Origin: Selaginella moellendorffii | Taxonomy: Eukaryota; Plantae; Lycopodiophyta | Direction: 5' to 3' | DNA: 64,000 bases | NCBI RefSeq assembly: GCF_000143415.4 | Contig: NW_003314334.1 | Span: forward strand, 741,891 to 805,890 | Shown here: in pieces, positions 61,566-64,000 of the stretch | Layout: every line of letters starts with the position of its first letter | Position numbering within the stretch: the stretch's first letter is position 1 | Notes under the pieces: model-generated | Database searches by the model: none | The model's input: only the letters and a program-made list of their open reading frames with translations | Told to the model about the DNA's origin: nothing | Made by a program: the position numbers and the translations under genes

Positions 61566-63748
61566 CTTCCACATGTCATGTGTTGGTCCTCTTGTGTCCC
61601 TTTTCTAGAGACTCACTTATTGCTTGCTTCATGCTCGTTCCTCGAACACTTCGTTGGGAGTTTCACTCCTGCTCTTGACTTTTCAAGTTGGAGCTTTTAG
61701 TCCAAATATATTACACTTATTTGGCTTCTACATCAACCACTACCATATGGCACCCTTTTGGCTCCCCTTTGGGGCTTAAGGATTTTGTGTCTCACACTAG
61801 TTTGGTGAACTAACAACTTCTCCCCAGACGATTCAAGAAATTAGCAGTGTGAGGAAGAGGGTACACATTAGGGATTGTCACTTAGTTTAAGAAATAATAG
61901 TCAATGCAAAAACAAATACTCCTATCAGGCTTCGTCACAAGATGAGGTTCACATGCCCAAAAACTCCAAGACTTTCGAATAACACCTTTTTCTAACATCT
62001 CCTTAACGTTCACATGTAAAATCTTGAGCTCTTTAAGTGATTGATCAAGCTTTTAACCTCATCCTTGGTATAGATTGGGTGCAACGCAATTATGCCAAGT
62101 GTGACTTAAGGCTTCTCCCCCTTGTCTCAACAAATATGAAACTTAATTGAATGAGCATCCCTGATGAGAATCAGATGACGTATGGTAATCTTGGCCCCAA
62201 ATGATAGATCAAATTCAAAGAGATTGGCATACTCCTTCATAAGTTGGTCAACTGTTGTAACACAAAGAGAAAAGGGAAGAGCAGAATAAGATGGAAACGT
62301 AGGAGGAAGTAATGGGGAGACAAAAGTAATTAAAACAGAGATAAAAGTAGAGGGATAAAGAGGTATAGGAATGAGAGGAATGGATGAAATATAAAGAACT
62401 ATGCTTGGCACCACTCGCAATAACTACAACCCAAGCTAAAGATTGCCCACATACACAACTAGGTTTGAATCATCCCGTGCACATGCATATGTACAACCGT
62501 TGCCATAAAGAATGAAAACTAGCTCCACCACATAATGCAAATGTAGATGGCAACATGTGGTAATAGGTCGAGCAATAAAAGATAAACTTGAATATATATC
62601 AACCAACAGAAAGAGAATAATAGGAGACCTCTTTTTATAAAAATAAGTTTGGAAAGTAAACACTGAATAAATTGGTGCCAAGTGAACCCCTTGATGATAC
62701 TCTCGAAAGAAAAATGGAGGGGTTATTAACTTATTTGCGTAGGGTCCTTCCGTTACTTGTGTGACTCTTTATTTCCCAGATGCATCTTGGTGTTCAGACC
62801 TTCCACTGTAGCAACACCAACAGAACATTGTTGACGCTAAGGTGTCCACCTAGGAAATGGAAGCTACCAATTTGGAAAACACTAATAGTGCTGATAAGTG
62901 TGACTAACTTCATCACACACCCAGCAGTAAACATCACAACCACAACCACATCCTCACCTTTGTCCTTAAACTCAAGCAGCAACAACACTAACCTCCATTA
63001 GAATAAGACTATCTCCCACAGGAAGTGGACTTGAAGGACGTGCAGTGAGAAGTGGAAGAGGTCATATCTCATAACATTGTGCCAAGTGAGGGGCATCATC
63101 AAGGGTGGCTGGAGCAAGTGCATGCACAAATCCTCCAAGACCTTAATGAAGGGCTGGCCACAACATTCTTAGCTTGATATGCTTCGATATATTTGGCTCT
63201 GCACGAAGTAAGAAACTTCGGAAACGAACGCCAAATTGCATCATTGACTCAGATGGCCTTTGACAAAGATGATGCAATTGTTGGAAGGCATCATCACAAT
63301 CGTCAGCATGTCTGATTATGCATTTGAATACGTCCGGGAGAACACTTCAATCCCCATGAGTGGCTGCACTCAAACCATTGTACCACTATAGCGCCATCCC
63401 TTGGAGACACGTGGGAAACTCATGCAAACATTGAGCATCATCCCAAAAACGATATGTGGCTATCATTGTGAAATGATTAAACCAATAGTACACATCATTC
63501 CCAAGATTCCCATAAAAGAACTTTAGCCAAACACGAGGATTAGCACCAAGAGGAAGAAGAGTTATACAATGTGCCGTGAATGATGCCATCAACTAAGTTT
63601 GGTTGTTCAATTGCAATCACATAGCATCAAACAATTGCACCAATTGTTGCTCCAAAGTTAGAGGAGGAGACTATTGCTCTGCCATAAAGATGAATGAAAA
63701 GGAAAGAGCAAAAGAAGAAAAATGAGAAAAAAAACTAGAAGGAAAGAG

Positions 63749-63946
63749 AGATCTAGACAATGGACAAGCTAGATTTAAACCAAAATCTTGAAAGGAAAGA
63801 ATAAAAAGAAAGGAAATAGAAAAAGTTAGATCTAGACAATGTAAAAGCTAGATCTAAACCAAAATCTTGAAAAGAAAGAATAAAAAAAATGAAATGAAAA
63901 AAGTTAGATCTAAATAATGCAAAAGCAAGATCTAAACCAAAATCCT
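63749..63946. repeat. ~79-bp tandem repeat x2.5 in the 5' leader of the LTR element
   Basis: agatcta(g/a)a units start at 63749, 63828 and 63906. Confidence 0.85.
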
Positions 63947-64000
63947 AAATCCAAGCACTCCTCAAGGATAATGAAAGGTGCCCCTCAACTCCACCAATGT

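Larger units (their letters stand above)
61349..64000 (-). mobile_element. Second, non-autonomous Ty3/gypsy-like LTR element (internal part ~2.6 kb)
   Basis: Minus strand: LTR end ACA (64000-63998), PBS TGGTGGAGTTGAGGGG (63996-63981, tRNA-Ala-like), gag-like FYGNLGNDVYYWFNHF...WDDAQCLHEFPTCLQGMAL, pol linker LMKEYANLF, PPT TTGAG+G16 (61368-61349). Confidence 0.78.

Noticed and set aside
60786-61608. ORFs of 155-242 aa
   Set aside because: Artefacts of translating across the N gap.
63749-63946. CRISPR-like periodicity
   Set aside because: Whole units repeat with no unique spacers, the context is eukaryotic, and there are no cas genes.

Overview
Plant nuclear DNA, most likely a lycophyte such as Selaginella (inferred from 40-55 nt GT-AG introns, PLS/DYW-type PPR relics and very compact spacing). 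The window is a rearranged segmental-duplication cluster. About 7.95-14.2 kb recurs in direct orientation at 37.3-43.9 kb, 14.2-26.2 kb recurs at 47.9-60.9 kb, and 3.7-8.5 kb recurs inverted at 44.2-48.6 kb. Most content is pseudogenised by small deletions and micro-inversions: PGDH, a TKPR1/DFR-like reductase split by an inversion, eight NUP107-derived segments (two fused to universal-stress-protein exons), PPR/DYW relics, TsaD/GCP1, a tRNA-Asp relic, four copies of a Ty3/gypsy chromovirus, and a second LTR element with a tRNA-Ala-type PBS. Only two gene types keep intact frames. One is four copies of a ~268-aa two-exon gene resembling only the N-terminal 6-TM half of an OCT/SLC22-type MFS transporter. 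The other is an intronless 481-aa orphan membrane protein. An LTR-derived inverted-repeat cassette occurs in three orientation isomers. All protein identities come from manual translation and recalled motifs, not database searches. Near-identical duplicates could partly be uncollapsed haplotypes.
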